DNA from: Bryobacteraceae bacterium
Lineage (GTDB): Bacteria; Acidobacteriota; Terriglobia; Bryobacterales; Bryobacteraceae
NCBI GenBank assembly: GCA_035568415.1
Contig: DATMOC010000049.1
Span: 28,246-92,245, forward strand
Direction: 5' to 3'
Length of the DNA: 64,000 bases
The notes beneath the pieces were generated by a model, which ran no database searches, had not been told where the DNA came from, and saw nothing but the letters and a program-made list of their open reading frames with translations. Below, one piece after another: positions 23,881-33,769 of this stretch (positions within the stretch are counted from its first letter, which is position 1; each line of letters opens with the position of its first letter). The translations under genes were made by a program, and so were the position numbers.

Positions 23881-24903
23881 CTATTTCCCCACCACCAGAA
23901 TGCTGAACGAATCGGGCACCATCTGTCCGCGGCCGGCACGTCCTCCGGGCTGCGCAGGCGCCGTGGGCGCGCCGAATTCCGCGGCGATCAGAAGAATATG
24001 GCCCGTCTTGCTATCGAACGTCAGAGTCTTCGCGGTCGGCACGGTTTTCAAGGTCTGCTCGACCACGAAGTTCTTGGGACTTTTTTCCTTGACGATGGTC
24101 AGCGTACCGTCGCCTTGCGAGCTGAAGGCTTCCTTGGTCTTCGGATTAAATACCGTGCCGTCGGTGCCGCCTCCGATGGGAAGAGCGGTGATGATGCTGC
24201 CGTCTTTCGCGTTGAGGATCACCATGTTCTGCGGGTTGCGGCAGGAAGCGAAGAGAATCTGATTCTTCACGTCCATCGCGAGGCCCGCGCAGACTCCGCC
24301 CTTACCCTGGAGGTCGTAGTGAGCAGTCGCCTTCATGGTTGCGGCATCGATCACCGCGACGTTGCCTTTGTCTTCGATGTCGACGTAGATTTTTCCCTTA
24401 CCGTCGGTGGCTGCCTGCTCGGGCGCTCCACCCAGATCGATGGTGCCCAGGACCGAGCCGTCGGCCGCATTGATCACGGTCGCGTGCGGAGCGCGATGGC
24501 TGAAAATGTAGATGCGATCGTTGAACGGATCGTGCAGTATGCCGTCGGGTCCACCTTCGACGTCAATGGTTTTGATGGGAGCCAGAGTCTTGGCGTCCCA
24601 CATCGCGGCGGGCTTGCTGCTGGCGAATCCATGGCCCGATTTCGGGGACACCGCCGCACCCGCGGCGCTGGTATTCGCGATTTCGCCCACGGATTTCAAC
24701 GTATCGAGATCGAAAACCGTAACCCGGTTCGGATTGCGGCGAGCGATGTACAATCGACGGCCAGCCGAGTCGGCATAAACGTAGTCGAACCCGCCCGCAC
24801 CTCCGACTTTCTCCGTCTTCAGAATCTTATAAGGACCATCCTGGCCATATCCGGTAAACGTCAAGGCAATCAATCCAATTGCCAGACAAGTTCGTCGCAT
24901 CAA
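23881..24903 (-). CDS. Secreted YncE/YVTN-type beta-propeller repeat protein
   Basis: Signal peptide MMRRTCLAIGLIALTFTGYGQ. Repeated ~40-aa units (..RLYIARRNPNRVTVFD.., ..RIYIFSHRAPHATVINAADG.., ..KIYVDIEDKGNVAVIDAATM..). Confidence 0.8.
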   Translation of the reverse strand: MMRRTCLAIGLIALTFTGYGQDGPYKILKTEKVGGAGGFDYVYADSAGRRLYIARRNPNRVTVFDLDTLKSVGEIANTSAAGAAVSPKSGHGFASSKPAAMWDAKTLAPIKTIDVEGGPDGILHDPFNDRIYIFSHRAPHATVINAADGSVLGTIDLGGAPEQAATDGKGKIYVDIEDKGNVAVIDAATMKATAHYDLQGKGGVCAGLAMDVKNQILFASCRNPQNMVILNAKDGSIITALPIGGGTDGTVFNPKTKEAFSSQGDGTLTIVKEKSPKNFVVEQTLKTVPTAKTLTFDSKTGHILLIAAEFGAPTAPAQPGGRAGRGQMVPDSFSILVVGK

Positions 24904-25077
24904 ATTATCTCCTGGGGCGGGGACCGACTCCCGACCGCCAGTCAGTATACACCGTCAAGCTTTGTAAGTACCTGAAGAATCGCTGAAAATTCGGAGCGGG
25001 GCCGGAAACGGCCTAAAGAGATCGGTCCCGAACCGCGATAGAAAGTAAAGGTGTAGTCCATTTACTTACCTAACCTT

Positions 25078-28000
25078 ATGCGCTCGAGTACCAGTATCTG
25101 GGTAGCAATGCTGCTCGCGATCGTCGTCGCGACCATGCTTTGCTCCGCCCAGAGCTATACGTTTCAGGTGTACGGTCAGACCGATGGACTCGGGAATCTC
25201 ACGCCGAACTGCCTCTTGCAGGATCGAACTGGATTCTTATGGGTGGGGACGCAAAACGGTCTGTTCCGGTATAACGGTTCGCGATTCGAGCGGTTCGGGA
25301 CGGGATTGCCCAGCAACCGTATCAACTCCTTATATGAGGATACCGACGGCACGATTCTGGCAGCCACACCGGCCGGGCTCGCGCGGTTCGCCAACGGGAC
25401 TTTTACCAGCATCTCCGATGTGAGGCTGACCACTCTGCGGCGGCAGGGAATCGTAACGGATGCGAGCGGAACGATCTACCTTGCAACCGAAATCGGCGTT
25501 GTTGCGAAACGGGGCCAGGACGCCAAGGTTCTTGGCGGCGGACCCATTTACGCGTTATTGAAGGACCCCAGCGGAAAAATCTGGGCGGGTTGCGGCCAGC
25601 GCCTTTGCGCGATCGAACAAGGCAACGTCGTTCCCACCGCCCCAGAGGTGGACAGCGGAGTTTTCAGTCTTCGCGCTGACCGGTCCGGAGGATTGTGGCT
25701 GCTTGGCGAAAAAACTGTCTGGGTTCGCCATCGCGGCGCTTCTCAATTTGAGAGATTGCCGACCCTGCCGATGGGAAGCGGGCCGTTCCTGGGCGACGCC
25801 GCTATCGAGATCGAATGGAATGGCGACGTCATCGTGACGTCGGCCGCAGGCCTGTGGCAATGGGACCAGCATCAGTGGAGCCTGGTGGATCAATCCAGAG
25901 GTCTGCCGCGCACCGATCTCACCGCCATGTTTGCGGATCGAGAAGGCTTTCTGTGGGCCGGGATCGCCGGCTTGGGAGTGGCGCGCTGGCTGGGCCGAGC
26001 CGAGTGGGAAAGTTGGCGATCCTCGGACGGATTGCCCCACGACCAGATCTGGTCCGTCCATCGCGACGCCAACGGCACTCTCTGGGCTGGAACGCGGGGC
26101 GGGCTGGCGTTCGCAAAATCGCAGCATGGATCGCTTCAATCGCTTCAATGGGTCGCGCAGCCTGAATTTGCCGGCAGGATGACTCTTTCCATCGCGCACT
26201 CGCGCGACAACACGCTGTGGGCCGGCACCGGAAACGACGGGCTGTGCCGCCTGGACATTCGCTCAGGAAGATTTCAAAAGGTGCCGCTGGTGGGCACGGT
26301 TAGCGCGTTCGCGCCGAAAATTCTGGTGGATCGTGACGATCGACTGTGGGTCACTACGCTGGGAGGCCTGTATCGCAGCGTTTCGGAGGCGAGCGGAGGC
26401 ATTCCAACATTTCAGGCCGAGCCGGTTCCGGGGGTGGCGGACAAAGAGCTTTTCCAGCAACTGGCGCAAGACAGCCAAGGCCGAATCTGGGCCGCTTCAA
26501 CGCGCGGCATCGTCTATTCGGATCACGGCCGTTGGACGCGGCTCACAACGCGCGACGGTCTTCTCAGCGACGACACGAGCATGATCGCCTCGGCGCCGGA
26601 TGGAAGCATGTGGCTCGGTTACATTGACGCGCTTGGTCTCACGCACCTCATTCCGGACGGACCACGCTGGAAGTTTGAACACATTTCCATGGCGAATGGC
26701 TTGCATTCGAACGGCGGCCTGTTCGTCGGGTCCGATGCGCGAGGATCACTGTGGTACGGAACCGACAGTGGAGTTGAAGTGCTCGAGGGCGGCGGCTGGA
26801 CGCACTACGGCCAGTCCGACGGACTGGTTTGGGACGACTGCGATTCGCGCGCCTTCTACGCCGATTCCGATGGCAGCGTGTGGATCGGGACCAGCCGCGG
26901 CCTTTCTCGATTCCATGCAAGCCCGCAACCTCCTGCGTCCCCGCCGGTCACGGTCCTCACTGAGGCGCAACTGGGAGAAACCAGACTTCCGCTCGGATCG
27001 AACGCGAGCGTTTCTTATGCGGATCGGTACCTGGTGGCGCGATTCACCGCGCCCACGCTGTTCACTAGTCACCAGAAGATATTCCGGTACCGGCTCTCCC
27101 ACGTCGACCGCGATTGGGTGGAAACCACGTCCGGCGAAGCGCGTTATGCCAACATCCCACCAGGGGATTACACCTTCGAGGCGGCGGCTCGAAATTCCGC
27201 GGGTATGTGGAGTGTGGAGCCTGCCCGCGTTTCGTTCACCATCAAACCAGCCTGGTGGCAAACGTGGTGGCTGTGGGCATTCTGGGCCGGCCTGGCGACA
27301 ATGGGAGCGCAACTAGTGTGGCGTCGTCATCTGGAGCGCCATCTGCGCGAGCAGCATCGGCTGCAAGAAGCGATCGAACAACGCACGCAAGAACTGGCCG
27401 AGGAAAAACTGCGAGCGGAAAAAGCGAACGAGGCGAAAAGCGAGTTCCTGGCTCAGATGAGTCACGAAATCCGCACGCCCATGAACGGCGTGCTTGGCAT
27501 GACCCATCTGCTGATCGAAAGCGACCTGGATGCGGAACAAAGGGAATGGGCCGACGCGGCTCTTTTTTCCGCTGAATCGCTGCTGACAGTGATCAACGAC
27601 ATTCTGGATTTTTCCAAAATCGAAGCCGGTAAGATGACCATCGTCCGCGAACCTTTCGAGTTGCGGCAGGTGGTTGAGGATTCCGTACAAATGCTCCGGC
27701 CGCGAGCTGCGCAGAAAGGACTCGCGATTCAGCTCGAGTACGACTCACATACGCCGGTCCACGTCCTGGGCGATGCCACGCGCGTCCGGCAGATTCTGAT
27801 CAATTATCTAAGCAATGCGGTGAAATTTACGGATCGCGGCCAAGTGCGGGTCAACGTCGAATATCAGACGCCGGCGATGTGCACCATCTCGGTCGTCGAT
27901 TCTGGTATCGGCATTCCGGTCGATAAACAGGAAATTCTATTTAAGAAGTTCACGCAGGCCGACTCGTCCGTGATGACCCGTGTTGCCGGAACGGGTCTGG

Positions 28001-28539
28001 GACTGGCAATCTGCAAGCAGCTCGCGGAGCTGATGGGGGGGACCGTGGGGCTTCAAAGCGTGTTGGGCATGGGTTCCACGTTTTGGGTGCGATTGCCACT
28101 GGAGCCCGCACGCTGCGACCTGCCAAGCGATCTGGAGCGTCTCAACGCGGTCCACACTAACGGGCGTCCCCTGATTCTGGTGGCCGACGACAATCGGGTG
28201 AATCAGAAGATTGCGTCGATGTTGCTGGCCAAGCTCGGATGCGAAGTAGATATCGCGGTGAATGGCAGGGAAGCTCTGGCGCGCTGGAACCAGCGTCCCT
28301 ACCACGCGATTTTCATGGATTGCCAGATGCCGGAACTCGACGGCTACGAAACCGCGCGCCGCATCCGTGCCGGCGGAGGCCGCGGCAGCGAGATTCCGAT
28401 CATCGCTACCACCGCCAGCTCAATGGACGGAGAGCGCGCACACTGCTTTGCTGCAGGGATGACTGACTACCTTCCCAAACCGTTCAGCATCGACGATCTG
28501 CGGCGAGTGCTTGGGGCTTCTGTGGCGATCCCGTCGTAG
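25078..28539 (+). CDS. Hybrid sensor histidine kinase/response regulator with Reg_prop propeller + Y_Y_Y sensor
   Basis: About 700 aa of ..G.LW.GT..GL.. repeats, then [32 protein letters not shown] (Y_Y_Y), a TM helix, the H-box [38 protein letters not shown], and a C-terminal receiver [12 protein letters not shown]...[14 protein letters not shown]. Confidence 0.9.
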   Translation: MRSSTSIWVAMLLAIVVATMLCSAQSYTFQVYGQTDGLGNLTPNCLLQDRTGFLWVGTQNGLFRYNGSRFERFGTGLPSNRINSLYEDTDGTILAATPAGLARFANGTFTSISDVRLTTLRRQGIVTDASGTIYLATEIGVVAKRGQDAKVLGGGPIYALLKDPSGKIWAGCGQRLCAIEQGNVVPTAPEVDSGVFSLRADRSGGLWLLGEKTVWVRHRGASQFERLPTLPMGSGPFLGDAAIEIEWNGDVIVTSAAGLWQWDQHQWSLVDQSRGLPRTDLTAMFADREGFLWAGIAGLGVARWLGRAEWESWRSSDGLPHDQIWSVHRDANGTLWAGTRGGLAFAKSQHGSLQSLQWVAQPEFAGRMTLSIAHSRDNTLWAGTGNDGLCRLDIRSGRFQKVPLVGTVSAFAPKILVDRDDRLWVTTLGGLYRSVSEASGGIPTFQAEPVPGVADKELFQQLAQDSQGRIWAASTRGIVYSDHGRWTRLTTRDGLLSDDTSMIASAPDGSMWLGYIDALGLTHLIPDGPRWKFEHISMANGLHSNGGLFVGSDARGSLWYGTDSGVEVLEGGGWTHYGQSDGLVWDDCDSRAFYADSDGSVWIGTSRGLSRFHASPQPPASPPVTVLTEAQLGETRLPLGSNASVSYADRYLVARFTAPTLFTSHQKIFRYRLSHVDRDWVETTSGEARYANIPPGDYTFEAAARNSAGMWSVEPARVSFTIKPAWWQTWWLWAFWAGLATMGAQLVWRRHLERHLREQHRLQEAIEQRTQELAEEKLRAEKANEAKSEFLAQMSHEIRTPMNGVLGMTHLLIESDLDAEQREWADAALFSAESLLTVINDILDFSKIEAGKMTIVREPFELRQVVEDSVQMLRPRAAQKGLAIQLEYDSHTPVHVLGDATRVRQILINYLSNAVKFTDRGQVRVNVEYQTPAMCTISVVDSGIGIPVDKQEILFKKFTQADSSVMTRVAGTGLGLAICKQLAELMGGTVGLQSVLGMGSTFWVRLPLEPARCDLPSDLERLNAVHTNGRPLILVADDNRVNQKIASMLLAKLGCEVDIAVNGREALARWNQRPYHAIFMDCQMPELDGYETARRIRAGGGRGSEIPIIATTASSMDGERAHCFAAGMTDYLPKPFSIDDLRRVLGASVAIPS

Positions 28540-28713
28540 AACGGCTGGAATCGCCGCCCAGACCCGGTCACTGTCGTTCGCGGTTCGGTGCTTCCACGAA
28601 CAATCAGAGCCTCGGCACCGAACCACGACCGTCAGCGAGTAGGTCGTGACCTTCTTCGACAAACTTAGTGTCGTGAATCAAAAGTTCACCGAAAAATTCG
28701 GCGAAAGCAATGT

Positions 28714-28795
28714 TCACGCAAAGACGCCAAGACGCAAAGCAAAGCAACGCAATGAAAACTCTTGGCGTCCTTTGCGTCTTGGCGTCTTTGCGTGA
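28714..28795. repeat. Palindromic intergenic repeat, copy 2 (perfect 26-nt arms, 30-nt loop)
   Basis: TCACGCAAAGACGCCAAGACGCAAAG (28714-28739) and CTTTGCGTCTTGGCGTCTTTGCGTGA (28770-28795) are exact reverse complements. They use the same 8-nt modules as copy 1, in permuted order. Confidence 0.85.
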
Positions 28796-28840
28796 ATCCG
28801 AGAGACGGCGATTGATTCCGCGAACTTGTGACTCGGGACA

Positions 28841-29947
28841 CTAGATCGCCAGAACTTCGCTCAACGCGGTCCGGAACTTCGCCATTTCCTGATCCGTGCC
28901 GATGGTGATCCGCATCATCTTGTCGTACGGCGGGAAATGCCGGCCCACGGCGACGCCCTTGGCGAGCATCGCCGGAGCCGTTTCACGGATGTCCTTTTTC
29001 GCATCGAACATCACGAAGTTGGCCTGTGACTCGATATAGCTCAGCTTTTTCTGCTGGAGCCAAGCACACAGCTCATTACGCGTGCGGGCCATGTTCTCGC
29101 GGCGCTCGTCAATCAGCTTCGGTCCCAAATCGATGGCCGCCATGACTCCACGCACACTCACGATGCTGATCACGGCATTACGGAACGGCGTCATCTTGCT
29201 GATCAAATCCGGACGCGCGGCCGCGTAACCGACACGCAGTCCCGCCATTCCGTAGATCTTTGAGAACGTGCGCATCACGATCACGTTCTTGCCTTCACGC
29301 ACGTACTTCATGGCGCTCTCCGTATCGTGCGACATATTGAAATGAAGATACGCTTCGTCCATCAGCAGGATGGTATCCGCCGGAAGATTCGCGACCAGCC
29401 AGGCGATATCCTGTTTCGGCGTGACATTGCCAGTCGGATTGTTGGGATTGCAAATATAGATCAGTCCGCCGCCGGCCTTTGCCGCTTCGGCAGCCAGCCG
29501 CTTCACATCCGAAGTGTAGTTCGAAGTGAGTGGTATTTTCACCACGGCATGTCCCTGCGCGGAGGCCAGCTCTGGAGCAGATTCGAAGGTCGGCCAGCCA
29601 CAGATGATGGGCCGCTTGGGTGACGTGAAGGCTTCGACAGCGCAATGCAGTGTTTCCGTGGACCCTTCGCCGATCAGAACCTGTTCCGCTTTGAGTTTCT
29701 CGAGATTCGCCACGCTTTGATAGAAGCCCGGAAACTCCGTAAAGTGGTAACGATTCGCCTCGCCCCCAGCACGCGTGATGGCCTCAACGGCGGCGGCGGG
29801 CGGGCCGGATGGAAATTCATTCGAATTGAGCCACACGGTCCCTTTCGGCGCGGGCACATTCATCGCATCCACTGCAGCCTTTTGCGCGAATGCATATTCC
29901 GTGAATCCGGCGGCTACGAGTCCGGCAAATCCTCGACGAGTGAGCAT
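28841..29947 (-). CDS. HisC-family class I/II PLP aminotransferase with Tat-type signal peptide
   Basis: ..YICNPNNPTGN...LLMDEAYLHF...VIVMRTFSKIYGMAGLRVGYA.. shows the PLP-Lys context of histidinol-phosphate aminotransferase-like enzymes. The N-terminus MLTRRGFAGLVAAGFTEYAFAQKA looks like a twin-arginine signal. Confidence 0.85.
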   Translation of the reverse strand: MLTRRGFAGLVAAGFTEYAFAQKAAVDAMNVPAPKGTVWLNSNEFPSGPPAAAVEAITRAGGEANRYHFTEFPGFYQSVANLEKLKAEQVLIGEGSTETLHCAVEAFTSPKRPIICGWPTFESAPELASAQGHAVVKIPLTSNYTSDVKRLAAEAAKAGGGLIYICNPNNPTGNVTPKQDIAWLVANLPADTILLMDEAYLHFNMSHDTESAMKYVREGKNVIVMRTFSKIYGMAGLRVGYAAARPDLISKMTPFRNAVISIVSVRGVMAAIDLGPKLIDERRENMARTRNELCAWLQQKKLSYIESQANFVMFDAKKDIRETAPAMLAKGVAVGRHFPPYDKMMRITIGTDQEMAKFRTALSEVLAI

Positions 29948-29995
29948 GGAACCTCCGACCAGTTATTCTACCTGAAAGCTTAGAATGAGGAGGGA

Positions 29996-30084
29996 GCCCG
30001 GGTGGCGAAATCGGCAGACGCAAAGGACTTAAAATCCTTTTTCCGGCAACGGGAGTGCGGGTTCAAGTCCCGCCCCGGGCACCA
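29996..30084 (+). tRNA. tRNA-Leu (anticodon TAA)
   Basis: GCCCGGG TG GCGAAATCGGCAGACGC AAGGA CTTAAAA TCCTT, then a long variable arm TTCCGGCAACGGGAGT, then GCGGG TTCAAGT CCCGC CCCGGGC A CCA. This is an 89-nt class II tRNA. Confidence 0.9.
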
Positions 30085-30116
30085 AACACTTCGCGGTTAC
30101 GGACGTCAATCTTTTC

Positions 30117-30500
30117 ATGACTTTTCGGATCTTTGCGATCGGGATCTTTGCGGCGGTTCTATTTGCAGCCGACGATTCCGGCATCGCAGGTTCCTGGACC
30201 GGCGAATCGCTGTGTACCGGCGTCCGCAGCGCCTGCAAAGATGAGCATGTCATCTGGACCTTCAAGGCTCCCGATAGCGCCGGTAAAGTTTGGGCCAGCG
30301 CCGACAAGGTCGTGGATGGTCAGCGCATGAACATGGGCTCTGGAGAATTCCAGTTCGACAAGCCAGCCTCAACTCTTTCGTGGAAGATTCCGCTGGGCAT
30401 CTGGAAGTTGATATTGAAGAAGGACGCCATCGATGGGACACTTACGCTGAACGAGGGCGGAATCGCCAGGCGCATGACATTGAAAAAGGACACACCATGA
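30117..30500 (+). CDS. Hypothetical small secreted protein
   Basis: 127 aa with signal-like MTFRIFAIGIFAAVLFA. The stop overlaps the ATG of the next gene (ATGA at 30497-30500). No family recognised. Confidence 0.55.
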   Translation: MTFRIFAIGIFAAVLFAADDSGIAGSWTGESLCTGVRSACKDEHVIWTFKAPDSAGKVWASADKVVDGQRMNMGSGEFQFDKPASTLSWKIPLGIWKLILKKDAIDGTLTLNEGGIARRMTLKKDTP

Positions 30501-31744
30501 AGATCGCATCTTTTGTATTTGCCGGTTCAGTCGCCCTGGCCGCCAATCTTCCCGAATGGCCCCAGTTCGGCGGGCCGAATCGGAACTTCATGGTCGACGT
30601 GAAGGGTCTCGCAAGCTCATGGCCGGCCGATGGTCCGAAGAAGTTGTGGTCACGTCCCCTGGGCGAAGGATACTCGACCGTCGCGGTTGATAACAGCACG
30701 CTGTACACGATGTACCGCAAAGGCGACGACGAAGTGGTGATCGCGCTCGACGCGGCTACGGGAAAGACCCGCTGGGAGCATTCATACGACGCGGCGTTCA
30801 TTAAAGGACTCGCGATGGAAAACGGCGCGGGGCCGCACTCTGCGCCGTTGATCGTGGGCGATCGCCTCTATACTGTCGGCATCCTGGCACGGTTGAATTG
30901 TTTCGACAAGAACTCGGGGAAACTGCTGTGGTCCAAGGATCTGTATAAAGATTTTCCCGGCGCGACCATCATGGGCCGAGGCTACTCGTGCAGCCCGATG
31001 CTGTATAAGAACACCATCATCCTGACGCTGGGCGGGCGCGGGCATGCAGTGATTGCGCTGAATCCGTCCGACGGCGCGCTGGTGTGGGCCGCGAACGATT
31101 TCGACAACGCGCCCAGCTCTCCGATATTGATCAATGTGCAGGGCCAGGATCAGTTGGTCACCTTTCTCGACGATGGCGACGGCAGCCAGAAGGAAGGCAT
31201 CATCGCGGGACTCGATCCTTCCAACGGTAAACTCCTGTGGACGCATCCGCACAAGACTTCGTGGGATCTGAACATCGCGCTCCCGGTGTGGGGCGATGAC
31301 GGGATTCTAGTAATCAGTTCCGCCTACGGCACCGGCAGCCGCGGGCTTCAGGTGACGCGAACCGGCGTGAAGGAGCTATGGGCGAACAACCGCATGCGCA
31401 TCCATCACAGCACCATGATTCGGATCGGCGATTACATCTATGGATCGAGCGGCGACTTCGGTCCGGCGCCGATGATGGCGATCAACGTGAAGACCGGAGA
31501 GGTCAAGTGGCAGGAGCGCGCGTTTCCCAAAGCCAACTTCGTTTATGCGGACGGCAAATTCATCGTAGTGGACGAAGACGGCGGAGTTTCGCTCGCCACG
31601 TTTTCACCGGAAGGCGCGAAGGTGATCTCCCGGGCGACACTGCTGGAGCACAATGCGTGGACCGCGCCGTCGCTGGCCGGTACAAAACTGTACGTGCGCG
31701 ACCGGAAATCGATTTTGGCTCTCGACGTCGGTGCACGGCAATAA
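30497..31744 (+). CDS. Secreted PQQ-like (BamB-type) beta-propeller repeat protein
   Basis: Internal ATG at 30497 of ORF 30290..31744. Signal MKIASFVFAGSVALAAN. Repeats of ..LYTMYRKGDDEVVIALDAATGKTRWEH.., ..RLNCFDKNSGKLLWS.., ..IIAGLDPSNGKLLWT.., ..MMAINVKTGEVKWQ.. Confidence 0.8.
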   Translation: MKIASFVFAGSVALAANLPEWPQFGGPNRNFMVDVKGLASSWPADGPKKLWSRPLGEGYSTVAVDNSTLYTMYRKGDDEVVIALDAATGKTRWEHSYDAAFIKGLAMENGAGPHSAPLIVGDRLYTVGILARLNCFDKNSGKLLWSKDLYKDFPGATIMGRGYSCSPMLYKNTIILTLGGRGHAVIALNPSDGALVWAANDFDNAPSSPILINVQGQDQLVTFLDDGDGSQKEGIIAGLDPSNGKLLWTHPHKTSWDLNIALPVWGDDGILVISSAYGTGSRGLQVTRTGVKELWANNRMRIHHSTMIRIGDYIYGSSGDFGPAPMMAINVKTGEVKWQERAFPKANFVYADGKFIVVDEDGGVSLATFSPEGAKVISRATLLEHNAWTAPSLAGTKLYVRDRKSILALDVGARQ

Positions 31745-31745
31745 A

Positions 31746-31772
31746 CTTGGCGTTCTTTGCGTCTTTGCGTGA
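31746..31772. repeat. Single arm of the palindromic repeat family, copy 3
   Basis: CTTGGCGTTCTTTGCGTCTTTGCGTGA lies in the 42-nt gap between convergent genes. It matches the copy 1/2 arm except for one extra T. Confidence 0.7.
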
Positions 31773-31786
31773 AACTGTTCTGTTTT

Positions 31787-32953
31787 TCAGGTCCGGAACA
31801 GCACGCTTTCTTTTTCGAATTGCCGCGTCGCCATGACGAAGGCGATCGCCGCATAGAGGAGATTCGCCCCTACGGTTACGGCGAAATTCACCGTCGAAAC
31901 TTCACCCAGCAGGATACTGCGGATCACCAGGCTTGCGTTGAAAATCGGAATCAGACACATTGCCGGGGTCAACTGGAGTCCCGGCAAGCCGCCGAGTAAT
32001 GCTGGGAAAATTACCAGTAGCATCAGCGGCGTCAGGTAGCTCTGGCCTTCCTTGAAGCTGCGCGCAAACAGAGCGATGGCGAACATGATCGATGCCGCGA
32101 AAACCGCGACCGGAATCAGCACGGCGACGATCATCGCGAGCGTGTTCGCGTCCAAGGGAATCGTCCTCATCATGTTGCGCATCTCTTCGGATTTGGCCGA
32201 GATGCGGTTGTTCTTGAGCGAATAGACCATACTCCCGAGCGTCAGCATAGCGGTAAGAAAAATGGCGGTCATCGCGGCCAAAGTCTTGCCCATCACGATT
32301 TCCCGCCGCGCTGCAGGTGAAGCGAGAAACGCCTCCAACGTCTTGCGCTCTTTTTCGCCTGCCGTCATGTCGATAATCGGATACATCCCTCCAGTGAACA
32401 TCAGCAGCAGCACGATATAGCCCAGCATCGTACCCCACACCGACCCGGCCATCTTGCGCTCGCCCGCGATATTGGTGCGCTTGACGGTGAACGGCGTGAG
32501 TACGCTTTCCGGTATTCCGGACGTGCGCAAGCTTTGCCGGATGCGCTGGTCTTTCAGCTCGGTCAAAGCGGTGCGGATTTTGTCACCGGCCGCACTGGAC
32601 GTCGGGTTTGAGCTGTCCACGTAAATCTCGATGACGCCGGACTTCTCTTCCACACTCGCGGCCGATTCTTTCTTCTCGACGGCTGCCCGCAAGTCGTCTT
32701 TCTCCTTGATCGCCAGACCCGTTTTCTCCAGTGCTTCGCGAACCGACGGCGTAGTCACGCGCGCTGCAATACCCATGCTGCGCGCTTCGGTTTCGGCATT
32801 CTGTTCCAGGCGCGAGGAAAATCGCAGCATCACCGAAACTACCAGCGGAAACACCACCAGCGGAACCACCACCATGCTGATCATGGTGCGGCGGTCGCGC
32901 AGCATGTCCAGCATTTCTTTGCGGTAAATCGTCGAGATCATGGAGAATCGCAT
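31787..32953 (-). CDS. ABC-2 type transporter permease (NatB-like)
   Basis: The 388-aa N-terminus IYRKEMLDMLRDRRTMISMVVVPLV is typical of ABC-2 permeases. It has a large extracytoplasmic loop and then 5 C-terminal TM helices, and it lies downstream of an ABC ATPase. Confidence 0.8.
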   Translation of the reverse strand: MRFSMISTIYRKEMLDMLRDRRTMISMVVVPLVVFPLVVSVMLRFSSRLEQNAETEARSMGIAARVTTPSVREALEKTGLAIKEKDDLRAAVEKKESAASVEEKSGVIEIYVDSSNPTSSAAGDKIRTALTELKDQRIRQSLRTSGIPESVLTPFTVKRTNIAGERKMAGSVWGTMLGYIVLLLMFTGGMYPIIDMTAGEKERKTLEAFLASPAARREIVMGKTLAAMTAIFLTAMLTLGSMVYSLKNNRISAKSEEMRNMMRTIPLDANTLAMIVAVLIPVAVFAASIMFAIALFARSFKEGQSYLTPLMLLVIFPALLGGLPGLQLTPAMCLIPIFNASLVIRSILLGEVSTVNFAVTVGANLLYAAIAFVMATRQFEKESVLFRT

Positions 32954-32969
32954 GCTTGGTCCTTACTTA

Positions 32970-33713
32970 TCACTTATCAGGCGGCAACCCGAGCAGGTCC
33001 AGAAAGATCTCGCGAAGTCTGTGTTTGCCGGTGGCCGTGCGCAGCTGATCCATGGTCCCGGTCATTTTTAACTGGCCGTCGTTGATCACCGCGATCCGGT
33101 CGCACAGATACTCGGCCTCCTCCATGACGTGCGTCGAGTAAACGATGCATTTTCCGGCATGTTTCGCGTCCACAATCGCCGTCTCGATCGTGCGCGCGGT
33201 GGGGACGTCCAGCCCCGACGTCGGCTCATCCAGAATCAGAATCGGCGGGTCGTGCAGCATGGTACGAGCGATCGCGGTCTTCTGCTTCATTCCCGTGGAC
33301 AGCTTGTCGGTACGAACGTCCGCGAAGCTCTGCATGTCGAACAGGGAGAATAAATCGTTGATGCGCTGGGTGCGGCGGCCGTTCGCCATGCCGTTGAGTT
33401 TTCCGAAAAATTCCAAAATCTCCCGAGGTGTTAGGCGCGCGTACAGGCCCATGTCACCCGAAAGAAATCCGATCTGCTCCCGCACTTTCCCGGGTTCTTT
33501 GTTGATGTCGAACCCGTTGAGAGTGGCAGTGCCGGAGGATGGCTTCAGCAGCGTCGCGATCAGCCGCAATGTGGTCGTCTTTCCCGCACCGTTGGGTCCA
33601 AGCAGCCCGAACACCTCGCCAGCGTGAACCTCGAAGCTGACTCGATCCACTGCCATACGAGTCCCGCGCTTCGAATCGGTAAAGGATTTGGAAAGGTCCT
33701 GGACCTGGATCAT
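32970..33713 (-). CDS. ABC transporter ATP-binding protein (NatA-like)
   Basis: Start chosen at [11 protein letters not shown]. Walker [10 protein letters not shown], signature LSTGMKQK, Walker [13 protein letters not shown]. Confidence 0.9.
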   Translation of the reverse strand: MIQVQDLSKSFTDSKRGTRMAVDRVSFEVHAGEVFGLLGPNGAGKTTTLRLIATLLKPSSGTATLNGFDINKEPGKVREQIGFLSGDMGLYARLTPREILEFFGKLNGMANGRRTQRINDLFSLFDMQSFADVRTDKLSTGMKQKTAIARTMLHDPPILILDEPTSGLDVPTARTIETAIVDAKHAGKCIVYSTHVMEEAEYLCDRIAVINDGQLKMTGTMDQLRTATGKHRLREIFLDLLGLPPDK

Positions 33714-33769
33714 GGAATCCCTCAAGTGTATGCAGCGTTCATACACTTTGGCAACAGTAACATCTAAGT

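Noticed and set aside
31775-31801. CTGTTC...GAACAG stem next to repeat copy 3, considered as an intrinsic terminator for the convergent genes.
   Set aside because: The stem is only 6 bp with a 15-nt loop. The T-run is inside the loop rather than after the stem, and part of the structure lies within the ABC-2 permease coding end.
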